A DNA stretch of 64,000 bases from assembly GCA_046570105.1 (NCBI GenBank), contig JBKHVI010000005.1, forward strand, positions 25,294 to 89,293. The letters run 5' to 3'. Below the pieces are notes generated by a model. That model searched no databases. It was not told the DNA's origin and saw only the letters and a list, made by a program, of their open reading frames with translations. The DNA is from Bacteriovoracia bacterium (GTDB lineage Bacteria; Bdellovibrionota; Bacteriovoracia; Bacteriovoracales; Bacteriovoracaceae). Shown here piece by piece: positions 49,654 through 59,213 of this stretch. Every line of letters begins with the position of its first letter. Positions within the stretch are counted from its first letter, which is position 1. The position numbers and the translations under genes were made by a program.

Positions 49654-50727
49654 ATGGCAACACTTCTTAAAACACGCGAAGAGGTTCTCGAATTTCGCAA
49701 AAAATTGCCATCGCACTTCTGTCCGGTGCCTTTCACTACAATCATTTTTGAACCAGATGGGCTAGTAGGTATTTGCCGCGCCAAGGGACATGTCTTTCCT
49801 ATTGGAAATTTAGGTCATGGATCGATTCGTGAGATTTGGAATTCTCCCAAGGCAGTTAAGTGGCGTGAAGAATTTCTCAAAAATGAACACGAGATTTGCG
49901 AATACGAAGTTCAACATTATTTATGCAATCACAATACTCAAAATAACGATCTACTGCCGGTTATTCAATATGAGTCACAGCAGACTCAGCCCATTTTGAA
50001 AATGACAGCAAATTTCAACGGTAAGTGTAATATGCAATGTCCGTCTTGTAATGTTTGGAAGCTCCCAAATGGGCTCTATACGGAAGAAAATTTTTGGGGC
50101 CCGGCACGAGAAGAGCTTTTCCCCAATCTGAGACAAATTGAAATGCTCTCGGGTGAGCCCTTTATTCAAACGGATACCTTTAAGTTGATGGATGAGATGT
50201 TGGCGATAAATCCTAATTGTGAATGGAATATTACAACCAATATGTTTTGGAATCTCACTCCTAAAATTAAGGATTATCTTGATCGCTTAAAAATTAAAAA
50301 TATCTCAATGAGTATCGATAGTTTGATTCCTGAGGTTTATGCCAAGCTTCGTCCACCCGGCAAGCTGGATATCATTTTGGAGAATGTGCGAATTTTTAAT
50401 GAATACTGTAAATCTCGACCTGATCCATTCAAGCTCAGTATTAATTTTGTTTGGCAGCGAGATAATTTTTATGAGCTTGGCCCGATGATACGGTTTTGTC
50501 GAAAAAATGGTTATGAACTTTATTTCCCCTATGCTTATGAACCACTCGAGATTGCATTGATTGGCCTTCCTTGGCAGCAACGCTTTGAGATGATGATGAA
50601 TCTCGTTGATGGCTTGGCATCAGATGAACTGAACAAAGCCTTTGTGGCGATTAAACCTCAGATTCATGATTTTCCAGCAATTGAAAAAGCTCAGTTGTTA
50701 GATAAAATCACGGCGAATTTAAAATAG
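49654..50727 (+). CDS. Radical SAM protein with N-terminal SPASM/twitch-like domain
   Basis: CPVPF...DGLVGIC...GNL...IREIWNS, then CNMQCPSC and SGEPF; start ATG 49654. Confidence 0.85.
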   Translation: MATLLKTREEVLEFRKKLPSHFCPVPFTTIIFEPDGLVGICRAKGHVFPIGNLGHGSIREIWNSPKAVKWREEFLKNEHEICEYEVQHYLCNHNTQNNDLLPVIQYESQQTQPILKMTANFNGKCNMQCPSCNVWKLPNGLYTEENFWGPAREELFPNLRQIEMLSGEPFIQTDTFKLMDEMLAINPNCEWNITTNMFWNLTPKIKDYLDRLKIKNISMSIDSLIPEVYAKLRPPGKLDIILENVRIFNEYCKSRPDPFKLSINFVWQRDNFYELGPMIRFCRKNGYELYFPYAYEPLEIALIGLPWQQRFEMMMNLVDGLASDELNKAFVAIKPQIHDFPAIEKAQLLDKITANLK

Positions 50728-50730
50728 AAT

Positions 50731-51135
50731 TTATCTGCCGCTGTCTGCCTTCCAGTTTGGAAAAGCTCTCAAATTGGCGATGATGGCGATTGCGGCATTA
50801 ACAACATAAAAAAATCCATTACCATCTGCGCTCATAAAGCTGGCAATAAAACCAAAGATGGCGATTGATTCGTTCAGGGCCCAGTAAACGATATGCGCTG
50901 ATAAGAATTGTTGATTGGTTTTAGCGGAACTTGATCTCTTTCGAAACAGCAAGAGGTTCACAACTAGGATTGTAGGTGCCAGCAAGGCGATAAGATCGAT
51001 CTCAGAAGGTTGAGTTGGCATTTCAAAAATGACCAACTTGCCTAGCGTGTGAAGTACGAAACCATAAAGTAGGATGCTCATTTGCAGAGCACCCCACAAA
51101 ATTTTTGCTATTTGAAGCGGTTGATTCATTACCAT
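50731..51135 (-). CDS. Small integral membrane protein
   Basis: About four hydrophobic segments, WALNESIAIFG; overlaps end of DHS gene. Confidence 0.65.
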   Translation of the reverse strand: MVMNQPLQIAKILWGALQMSILLYGFVLHTLGKLVIFEMPTQPSEIDLIALLAPTILVVNLLLFRKRSSSAKTNQQFLSAHIVYWALNESIAIFGFIASFMSADGNGFFYVVNAAIAIIANLRAFPNWKADSGR

Positions 51136-52118
51136 CCTAAGATATGAGCAAACATCAACGGAGCCACAATCGTTGCATCTGATTCAACGATATAGCTTGG
51201 TGTGTTCACTGACAGTTTACCCCAAGTGATTTTCTCATTGGGAACTGCACCCGAGTATGAACCGTAAGAAGTGGTTGAATCAGAGATCTGACAGAAGTAA
51301 CCCCACAGACGGATATCATCTTTCTCAAGGTCTTGGCGGATCATCGGAACCACACAGATTGGGAAGTCACCAGCGATACCACCACCGATTTGGAAGAAAC
51401 CAATCGAAGTTGTCTTAGCCGTTTCCATATACCAATCAGCCAGGCTCATCATGTACTCGATACCGGTGCGCACAGTGTGGACGTTTTTCACTTCACCTTT
51501 CATGCAGAATGAAGCGTACATATTTCCAAGAGTAGAATCTTCCCAACCTGGAACGACCATCGGAATATTCATTTCAGCAGCTGCCAGCATCCAAGAATTT
51601 TTTGGATCGATTTGGTAGTGTTGAGCAAATTTGCCTTTCTTTAAAGCACGGAAGAAAAATTCATGAGGGAAGCAGCGCTCATTTTTCTTTTCTGCTTCGG
51701 CCCACTCATCCGCCATGATTGACCAGATTTTTCTCATCGCTGCTTCTTCTGGAATACAGGTGTCAGTCACGCGATTCAAATGTTTGTCGTAAAGTTTTTG
51801 CTCGGCTTCACGAGTGAGACCGCGCCAATCGGGAATGCGCTCGTAATGATTGTGAGCGACGAGGTTGTAGATATCTTCCTCTAAGTTTGCGCCCGTGCAA
51901 GAGATAGCGTGAACTTTTCCTTGGCGAATCATCTCAGCAAGAGAGAGACCAAGCTCCGCAGTACTCATCGCACCTGCGAGAGTGACCATCATCTTTCCAC
52001 CAGACGCGAGATGGGTTTCATAACCCTTCACCGCATCCATCATGGCCGCTGCATTGAAGTGGCGGTAGTGATGATTCATAAATGTTGAAATAGGACCTGT
52101 TGACTTCGACGTGCTCAT
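51129..52118 (-). CDS. Deoxyhypusine synthase family protein (probable homospermidine synthase)
   Basis: TLAGAMSTAELG, CTGANLEED, IGGGIAGD, YSGAVPNEKITWGK with catalytic Lys. Confidence 0.9.
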   Translation of the reverse strand: MSTSKSTGPISTFMNHHYRHFNAAAMMDAVKGYETHLASGGKMMVTLAGAMSTAELGLSLAEMIRQGKVHAISCTGANLEEDIYNLVAHNHYERIPDWRGLTREAEQKLYDKHLNRVTDTCIPEEAAMRKIWSIMADEWAEAEKKNERCFPHEFFFRALKKGKFAQHYQIDPKNSWMLAAAEMNIPMVVPGWEDSTLGNMYASFCMKGEVKNVHTVRTGIEYMMSLADWYMETAKTTSIGFFQIGGGIAGDFPICVVPMIRQDLEKDDIRLWGYFCQISDSTTSYGSYSGAVPNEKITWGKLSVNTPSYIVESDATIVAPLMFAHILGW

Positions 52119-52230
52119 GAAAGACCTCATGGGCTAAGCAGCTAGGAGGCCGCGGCTCGCTTCCGGAACGGGTTATTGCCCTTCACTCCGGGTGCGATCG
52201 CATTTCAACCTATTGGAGAGCGCTGGTCAA
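52119..52230 (-). promoter_or_regulatory. Promoter and structured GC-rich 5' leader of the DHS-like gene
   Basis: TTGACC-N17-TGAAAT on minus strand, then nested stems and an anti-SD GGCCTC complementary to GAGGTC. Confidence 0.5.
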
Positions 52231-52279
52231 GGGGGGAGGGGTGGACAATGCGAATGGTCATGTGGTGAGCTATTCCTCT

Positions 52280-53227
52280 ATGAAAAACCTAGTTTTTACC
52301 CTGCTTCTTGCCTTCCCTTCTTTTGCTGCCGAGTGGCCTAATTTAACTGCATCCGAGCGTCGTTTTCGTTTGGCCGAATTGACCGCTATGCCATGGGGTG
52401 GCGAGGTTAAGGAGTCGAAACCTAAGGAAGTTAAAGGTTGTGTGCTTTCAAAAGTGACAATCAAAGTTCGCTCACCTGAGGGCAAAAGCTGGAATTTTAA
52501 ATTTGATTTGGTTCGTCCTAAAGGAGTAAAGAAAACTCCTCTGGTCATGGTGCTACCGACAATTGAACGGCTGACTCCACTTGAGCCCACAATTGCTTAT
52601 CAGCTATGCAAGGCTAACTACTCAGTAGCGGTGATCGATGCCAATGATAATTCTCAACCTGATAACCTCCCGGCCTGGGGCCATGAGGACCTGGTACTTC
52701 GTAAAACCATTCTCACTTTGCGCACGATTATTGACTGGGCACAGACGGACGTGCGTTTTTATAAAACTAAAATCGGACTTTTCGGTCACAGTTTGGGTGG
52801 CATCACTTCTTCACTCATGGCCGGAGTTGAACCTCAACGCTTGAAAGCGATTGTTGTCGCGGTGGGTGCGGGTAATATGCCAGGCATTCTCACTCATAGC
52901 ATTTATCCGCGTGTGGCACTCCTGCGCTGGAGACGCTTTGCTGCAATTAGGAATATGTCTTCAGAAGATTATGAGAAAGAACTGCAAAAGCATCTTCGTT
53001 ATGATCCGTTGATGTTTGCCAAGCGAGTGAAAACGGAGAATCTATATTTTGTCATGGCTTCCTGGGATCAAAGTGTTCCCTATGAATACCAACTCGAAAC
53101 CCATCAAGCCTTTGGATCCCCAGACTATCATACCTTCTCGCCAGGTACGCATATTGATGGCCTGATTCGACTAGCGACGATTGATTTTGATAAGGTGGTT
53201 GGCTTTCTTGATGCGCGCTTGAAATAA
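52280..53227 (+). CDS. Exported alpha/beta hydrolase
   Basis: Signal peptide from ATG 52280; GHSLG nucleophile elbow, DQSVP, C-terminal His. Confidence 0.82.
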   Translation: MKNLVFTLLLAFPSFAAEWPNLTASERRFRLAELTAMPWGGEVKESKPKEVKGCVLSKVTIKVRSPEGKSWNFKFDLVRPKGVKKTPLVMVLPTIERLTPLEPTIAYQLCKANYSVAVIDANDNSQPDNLPAWGHEDLVLRKTILTLRTIIDWAQTDVRFYKTKIGLFGHSLGGITSSLMAGVEPQRLKAIVVAVGAGNMPGILTHSIYPRVALLRWRRFAAIRNMSSEDYEKELQKHLRYDPLMFAKRVKTENLYFVMASWDQSVPYEYQLETHQAFGSPDYHTFSPGTHIDGLIRLATIDFDKVVGFLDARLK

Positions 53228-53701
53228 TTAGGCGCTTTGAATCTTTTCTATCTCTGGAAGAGGCAACTCGGTTGTCTCTTTCTCTGAACCCATTACTACA
53301 CTTGTATAAACGCGTGTAACTCCCGCTAGAGACTTGATTCCTTGATTCACAATTTGATCGAGATGCTTGGAATTGATAGTGCGGATCTTCAATAGGTAAT
53401 CGTATTCACCGGTGATCTGATGGCACTCTTGAATTTCGGAGAGTGACTTGATGCGCTTGAGAAAGTTTGAGCGGTGAGTGGGTTTCTCTAAGCTAACTGA
53501 TACGAAGGCCAGAATATCCAGACCCAGAGCTTCGGGGTCGATGATAGCTTTGTAACCTCGGATAATCTTCTTCTCTTCGAGACGACGGATGCGGTCCATC
53601 AGCCCGGGAGCTGATAGGCCAACTTTCTGGGCCAGATCGGCCCAGGTCGCGCGTCCTTTTTTCATTAATTCGCTGATAACAGCAAAATCCAAAGAATCCA
53701 T
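53228..53701 (-). CDS. Lrp/AsnC family transcriptional regulator
   Basis: GRATWADLAQKVGLS...RIRRLEEKKIIRGY...ECHQITGEYDYLLK. Confidence 0.93.
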   Translation of the reverse strand: MDSLDFAVISELMKKGRATWADLAQKVGLSAPGLMDRIRRLEEKKIIRGYKAIIDPEALGLDILAFVSVSLEKPTHRSNFLKRIKSLSEIQECHQITGEYDYLLKIRTINSKHLDQIVNQGIKSLAGVTRVYTSVVMGSEKETTELPLPEIEKIQSA

Positions 53702-53730
53702 GATCTTAAGGTTTCACCACATTTAGTTTA

Positions 53731-53768
53731 ATAAAATAAGATAAAAATGCATTTTTATCTTATTTTAT
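53731..53768. repeat. 38-bp perfect spacerless AT-rich palindrome
   Basis: ATAAAATAAGATAAAAATG|CATTTTTATCTTATTTTAT, all 19 pairs checked. Confidence 0.95.
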
Positions 53769-54028
53769 AATATTGCATCGAATAAACAGTATTAAATAAC
53801 TAAAGCTTATAAATGTGGAGTGTTTGCAGCGATGTCAAAAAACCACCACGCTTTCTAACTGCTTCTCTCTAGGGTGTGGTGCGTAGTTTTAAAAAATAAA
53901 TTCGCCCCGATGAAAAACTAGACAAGTTGAAAAGGCCTGGGCGAGACTATCTCCATCGCTCGAATTCCCAAAGCAGGACGCCGTTAAGACCGCGCGATAC
54001 ACACACCGACCATCGAGAGGACCAGTTC

Positions 54029-57000
54029 ATGAAACTCGTTCGTTTGTACATTCAAGGTTTCAAATCTTTCAAAGATCGCACCACCATCGAGTTCGATGAT
54101 GGCATCACAGGGATTGTCGGGCCGAACGGCTGCGGTAAATCCAATATCGTTGATGCACTCTTCTGGGTCATGGGTGAGCAGTCCGCCAAGCATTTGCGCG
54201 GAACCAATATGAAAGATTTGATCTTCGCCGGATCATCAAAATATTCACCAGCAAGTTTTGCTGAAGTCACTCTTGTTCTCGAAAACACCAACGGCAAACA
54301 CATTCACATCAGTGGAACTGTCGCTCGTCCGGCCGAGATTCAGCTGACACGTAAACTTTATCGCAACGGTGAAACAGAATACCGTATCAATGGTGAGCCA
54401 GCGCGCTTGAAAGATATTCATGAAGTATTCATGGATACCGGTGCTGGTGCGAAGTCTTATTCAATTATCGCTCAAGGTGAAATCAATAAGCTCGTTCAGG
54501 CGAAACCTGAAGAGCGTCGAACCATGATCGAAGAAGTAGCAGGCATAACGAAATTCAAACTTCGTAAGCGCGACTCTTTGAAAAAGATCGAGCAGACTCA
54601 GATGAACCTCACACGCTTGGAAGATCTTCAGCAGGAGATTTACAAGAATTTGAAGTCGCTTGAGAAGCAAGCGGAGAAAGCTGAGCGCGCTCGCAACCTT
54701 CGTGAGCGTATCAAGCGCTATGAATTGATCTCAGACTCTCACAAAGAACTAGAGTTCCTGCAGGATTGGACAAACGCCGATAAAATTCTTGAAGCTCGCA
54801 AAATTGAAATGGAGCAATTGTCTCTACGTCGTCAGCAGCTTGATCTTCTTTTAGAAGATGAGCGCGTGCAGAAAGCTGATGCCATGGACAAGATTAATGA
54901 CGCTCAAGAGGATTTCAACAATCACTCTCGTCAGCTAGCAGCTTCTGAAGAGCGTATGAAGCACTTGAAGCGTGCTATCGCCGAAAAAGAGAAGTTGATC
55001 GCCAATCGAATTAAAGAAAATGAAGAATTAGCAGTTGATACTGAAAATAGAACAAGGCGCGCGGAAGAGCTCAATTCACAGCTATCCGAGTTGGAAGGAA
55101 CCGACTACGGCGCCATGGATTTTTCTGATCGTGAAGAACGCGCAGAAATCCTTAAGACTCAGTTGCAAGATCTTGAAGAAGAGTTGCAAGAAGCTCGTCG
55201 TTCAGCTGCGGGTGCTAAAGATGAGTTGTTGGCGCTGGATCAACAGCAATTCCGTAATACTTCAAAACTCGAAGAATATTCTCGTCTGTTGCAAGATATT
55301 GCCGCCGAGATTGAAGTCTTAGAAAAACAAGACTCCTCTTCTCGCGATGAATTGATTCGCGAACGTGAGCGCTTCCAAGCGGCCAAGGTGCGCTTTGAGG
55401 AGATCCAAGCTCAGTTGCCTCAGGCCAAAACGAATCTAGAAAATATTATTGCTGAGGTTAAGCTTCTCGATGGAGAGATTCGTACTCTTCAACGTGATGT
55501 CATTCAAACGGAAAGTAAGCGTGATTCATTGATCGAAGTGAATCAGCAAGCCGAAGGTAAGAAGCTTGGAGCGCAAGACTTGGTTCAACGTCATGCAGAC
55601 GGTGGTATCGAAGTTCTTGGACGCCTGCTTCAGTGCGAAGATGGCTTCGCTCCAGCGGTTGAAGAATTATTAGACGACGCGCTCGATAGCGTTTTGATTG
55701 CAGGTGGAAAAGATGTGGTGGCCCGCCTGGGTGTTGATTTCGCCCACGCTGCAGACATTATCTTTGCTATGGAAGACGGAGTCTCTAACGAGTCGGCTGA
55801 ACGTCTTCGTCTTACGCTCACAGGGTTGCGTCCATTGAGTGAAGTGGTGAAATCTTCTGACGCTAATTTTAGCACCGCCCTTGAGCGTTTGCTCTCTGGT
55901 TACTTTATTGCTGAAAACTTAAATGAAGAGACAGCAGCCCAATTGAATCCAGCGATTGGTTTCAAAGGAATTGTTTCTGTTGATGGTAAGACGCTTATTC
56001 GTAAGTCGTTGAACACGATTACGTACGGCCTTCGTCGCACTCCCGAATCTGAACAAGTCATGGGTGTGGTTGAACGTAATGGTCTTATTGAGCGCATGGG
56101 ACTTGAGCTGGCCGATAAGAAAGCTAAGCTTGCGGAGTTAGAAGCAAGCCTTGTAACAAAAGAAGCGACTTTAGCCGAAGCGCGTACCGAGGTTGATAAA
56201 CTCTCTAATCTTTTCCAAGAAGCTTCAACAGCGCATGCCTCAACCAAGGCAAGTCTTGAATCCAAAGAGAAGACATTCGGTAATAGCTCTAGTCGTCTGG
56301 AGATTTTGCAAAGCCGTAAGTCAGAAACTTCGGGTTTGCGCCTTTCACTCTTAGAAACTGAAGAGAAGATTGCCCGTGATCGTAAAGCGGTTGCTGATAA
56401 AAATGAAAACAGTGCAGCTCACATGCAAGAACTTGAGAATCGTCATATTGACCTCAAGATCAGCTTTGAAAACGAGCGCGATGAGTTAATTGAACTTAAA
56501 GTGAAAGCTCAGTCATATGAGCAGCAGCTGAAATCACTTCGCTCTCAGATCGCTGATACCGAAGGTCAGCTCGAGCGCCTCAATCAGAAAGCCGAGATGA
56601 ACAAACTTCAGCTTGAACAAGCTGAAGAAGAGATGCAGCAAGCCGAGACTGAAGTGGCGCAAGGTGAAGAAGATAATCGTACTCTTGCTGAGCAGTTAGC
56701 TGATAAAGAGCAGTTCTTGAGTCTCTTGAAAGATCAGTTCTCGCAAATCTTGCTTGGTATGCAAGATAAGGAGACTGAGCTCAAAGAAGCGACAGCTCGC
56801 TTGAACAAGTTAGAAAAAGAAAACGTTGAGCTTGAACTTCGCCAAGAGCAAATTCTCGCGGAAGAAGAAATTCTTGTGAAGAATGCTTTTGAAAAGCATC
56901 GCGTAGATCTTCGTCAAACCATTATGAAGCATCTAGAGCTTGCGACTGAGCAAGTGGTGGGTCTCGCTGATGTTTCAACGATGTACTTGATGGAAGGTGA

Positions 57001-57706
57001 AGAGGGCCCGATCACGATTGAGCGTGAGGAATATGAGTTTCAAAAACGCTTCCCGGCCGAGCTTCGTGATTACCGTGAAAAACTAAAAGAATGCCGTACT
57101 GAGTTTAACCGCCTTGGAGAGATTAACTGGCAGGCGATCGAGGATTACGACCGCCAAAAATTACGCCATGATTTCTTGAAAACTCAGGAAGAAGAACTGA
57201 AGAGAAGTTTGGTCGACCTGCAAACGGCCATCCAGCACATTGACGATAAATCTCGTGAGCGCTTCAAAGAAGCATTCCATGAGGTCAATGAGCGATTCAG
57301 TAAAGTCTTCCCGATTATCTTTGGTGGTGGTTCAGCGCGATTGGATATGACAGGTGATATTGATTCTCCAGAGGCGGGCGTAGATATTATCGCTCAGCCT
57401 CCGGGCAAGAAGATGCAATCAATCACCTTGATGTCGGGTGGAGAGAAAGCCATGACAGCAGTGTCACTGATTTTCTCAATCTTCCTTGTGAAGCCATCGC
57501 CGTTCTGTCTTCTGGATGAGGTTGATGCTCCGTTGGATGATGCCAACGTGGGTCGCTTCAACGAGCTCTTGCGTGAAATGAGCTCGGAGACACAATTTAT
57601 TTTGATTACGCACAATAAGAAAACAATGGAACTCAATGACACGCTTTACGGCGTGACCATGCAAGAGCCTGGAGTCTCTAAAGCGGTTTCGGTTCAACTC
57701 CACTAA
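54029..57706 (+). CDS. smc: Chromosome segregation protein SMC
   Basis: GFKSF, GPNGCGKSN, long coiled coils, MSGGEK, LDEVDAPLD; GAGG RBS before ATG 54029. Confidence 0.96.
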   Translation: MKLVRLYIQGFKSFKDRTTIEFDDGITGIVGPNGCGKSNIVDALFWVMGEQSAKHLRGTNMKDLIFAGSSKYSPASFAEVTLVLENTNGKHIHISGTVARPAEIQLTRKLYRNGETEYRINGEPARLKDIHEVFMDTGAGAKSYSIIAQGEINKLVQAKPEERRTMIEEVAGITKFKLRKRDSLKKIEQTQMNLTRLEDLQQEIYKNLKSLEKQAEKAERARNLRERIKRYELISDSHKELEFLQDWTNADKILEARKIEMEQLSLRRQQLDLLLEDERVQKADAMDKINDAQEDFNNHSRQLAASEERMKHLKRAIAEKEKLIANRIKENEELAVDTENRTRRAEELNSQLSELEGTDYGAMDFSDREERAEILKTQLQDLEEELQEARRSAAGAKDELLALDQQQFRNTSKLEEYSRLLQDIAAEIEVLEKQDSSSRDELIRERERFQAAKVRFEEIQAQLPQAKTNLENIIAEVKLLDGEIRTLQRDVIQTESKRDSLIEVNQQAEGKKLGAQDLVQRHADGGIEVLGRLLQCEDGFAPAVEELLDDALDSVLIAGGKDVVARLGVDFAHAADIIFAMEDGVSNESAERLRLTLTGLRPLSEVVKSSDANFSTALERLLSGYFIAENLNEETAAQLNPAIGFKGIVSVDGKTLIRKSLNTITYGLRRTPESEQVMGVVERNGLIERMGLELADKKAKLAELEASLVTKEATLAEARTEVDKLSNLFQEASTAHASTKASLESKEKTFGNSSSRLEILQSRKSETSGLRLSLLETEEKIARDRKAVADKNENSAAHMQELENRHIDLKISFENERDELIELKVKAQSYEQQLKSLRSQIADTEGQLERLNQKAEMNKLQLEQAEEEMQQAETEVAQGEEDNRTLAEQLADKEQFLSLLKDQFSQILLGMQDKETELKEATARLNKLEKENVELELRQEQILAEEEILVKNAFEKHRVDLRQTIMKHLELATEQVVGLADVSTMYLMEGEEGPITIEREEYEFQKRFPAELRDYREKLKECRTEFNRLGEINWQAIEDYDRQKLRHDFLKTQEEELKRSLVDLQTAIQHIDDKSRERFKEAFHEVNERFSKVFPIIFGGGSARLDMTGDIDSPEAGVDIIAQPPGKKMQSITLMSGGEKAMTAVSLIFSIFLVKPSPFCLLDEVDAPLDDANVGRFNELLREMSSETQFILITHNKKTMELNDTLYGVTMQEPGVSKAVSVQLH

Positions 57707-57770
57707 TGGTTGGTGGGGGGATGGGTCCAGGATGAGACGCCATCCCTCTCCCTTTTTCAGGAGCCCCCAA

Positions 57771-58397
57771 TTGAAAATTTTATTCTTTCTAATTATCGGT
57801 GCGTTTGCGGCCAGCTCCTTTGCTGATGATTTTCTGCCTGGGACATTCTCAACCGGCTATGAGGAGAGCTTTAAAAGCGCCACGAATGGGAAGATGAAAA
57901 AATCATTTGGTAAAATCGATTACAAATACCCACGTCATATTCGTTTTGAAGTGGTCTCTGAAGATAACCCATCAACCTTTGTCGCTAATCCTCGCACTAG
58001 CTGGCTCTATACTCCGCCATTTGTTGAAGGCGAAGAGGGCCAAGTTGTCGTTCAGCGTTCAGAAGATTTAGTGATTACAAAATTTCTGGATTCGCTCAAA
58101 AATGGAGCGAAGAGCAACAAAGCTTACTCTGTGGCTTTTGATAAAAACAAGCTGACGATGACTTTCTCTGCAGCCTTGAAGAAAGATCTACAAATGAATA
58201 AAGTCATCCTTACCACTAAGGGTGGGAATGCGGTTGATGCGAAAGCACTTGGTCTTTTCAAAGAGCTTGAACTTTTTTACAGCAATGGCCGTCAGGTGAA
58301 GATGGTATTCTTGGATTTTAAGGCAGGTGCAAGTTTTGCTGCGGATCACTTCGAATTTAAAATTCCACCTAAGACTAAGGTGAGTCAGGGGAAGTAG
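57771..58397 (+). CDS. lolA: Outer-membrane lipoprotein carrier LolA family
   Basis: Signal peptide; GKIDYKYPRHIRFE...SWLYTP; C-terminal FEFKIPP; AGGAG RBS before TTG 57771. Confidence 0.72.
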   Translation: MKILFFLIIGAFAASSFADDFLPGTFSTGYEESFKSATNGKMKKSFGKIDYKYPRHIRFEVVSEDNPSTFVANPRTSWLYTPPFVEGEEGQVVVQRSEDLVITKFLDSLKNGAKSNKAYSVAFDKNKLTMTFSAALKKDLQMNKVILTTKGGNAVDAKALGLFKELELFYSNGRQVKMVFLDFKAGASFAADHFEFKIPPKTKVSQGK

Positions 58398-58399
58398 GT

Positions 58400-59212
58400 T
58401 TATTTCAATTCAGCAGGATTGGTAAAGTACTTCTCAATCCTTTGGGCCATCTGTGCTCCATGAACTCCATCAATAATTCGGTGATCAAAAGTGCAGCAAA
58501 AGCTCACACGTTTTTTGACCGCAGGCTTTCCATCGACTACACAAACACGATCAACGACTTTTCCCAGGGCCACCACAAAGGGAACTTTGGAATAAGGGGG
58601 AAGCGGAACAAAAGCTGATTCAAAACCTAGTGAGCCAATATTTGTCAGCATCATGCTACCAAAAGCATCACGAGGAACACCCATGCCTTTGATGTAGCAG
58701 TTACAAGAATAAAAAATAAATCCAATGGTATTGAGTACCGTCATCGCCAAAAACGAGGGGATATACTTCCAACTGTTTTTTATTTTTTTAAAACTCTCAT
58801 CCTTGCCCGACTTAATCGACTTCGCGCCTGAGTTGAGTTCAGTGGCGATCTCGCCAAGGGATTTGTTATCGATGGAACGAACGACGTGTCCGGAGAGATC
58901 TTTGTCCGGTTGCACGACATGAAAAAAGATATCCACGTCACGGCGCGGATAGATTTTTCCAAAACGCACGATGCTGTTAAGGTCAGGCACTTCGCGCATG
59001 ACTTGGCCTAAAACTTTTCCTGCGAGGTGAGTGATAGTAATTTTCTCAGAATGATTTAGATTCTCTTTTTCAAGCCATGCGAGAGCAGGTTCAGCATCCA
59101 GATCAAGTTCGCAATAGACTTGGGAATCACCAACGGGTTTCCATGATCCAACGGAGATCTTTCTCCAGGGAGTCATGCGTACGGCGGGCAAAAGATTAAC
59201 GTTCTTTTTCAT
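58400..59212 (-). CDS. Stand-alone 2-oxoacid dehydrogenase E2-like acyltransferase catalytic domain
   Basis: LTNIGSLG, TFDHRIIDG; no lipoyl domain. Confidence 0.85.
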   Translation of the reverse strand: MKKNVNLLPAVRMTPWRKISVGSWKPVGDSQVYCELDLDAEPALAWLEKENLNHSEKITITHLAGKVLGQVMREVPDLNSIVRFGKIYPRRDVDIFFHVVQPDKDLSGHVVRSIDNKSLGEIATELNSGAKSIKSGKDESFKKIKNSWKYIPSFLAMTVLNTIGFIFYSCNCYIKGMGVPRDAFGSMMLTNIGSLGFESAFVPLPPYSKVPFVVALGKVVDRVCVVDGKPAVKKRVSFCCTFDHRIIDGVHGAQMAQRIEKYFTNPAELK

Positions 59213-59213
59213 A

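Noticed and set aside
52130..52200. Leader as SRP RNA or a known riboswitch (c-di-GMP-I, ZTP, SAH, fluoride, guanidine)
   Set aside because: Diagnostic conserved nucleotides of these families were not recognisable by eye; kept only as an unassigned candidate
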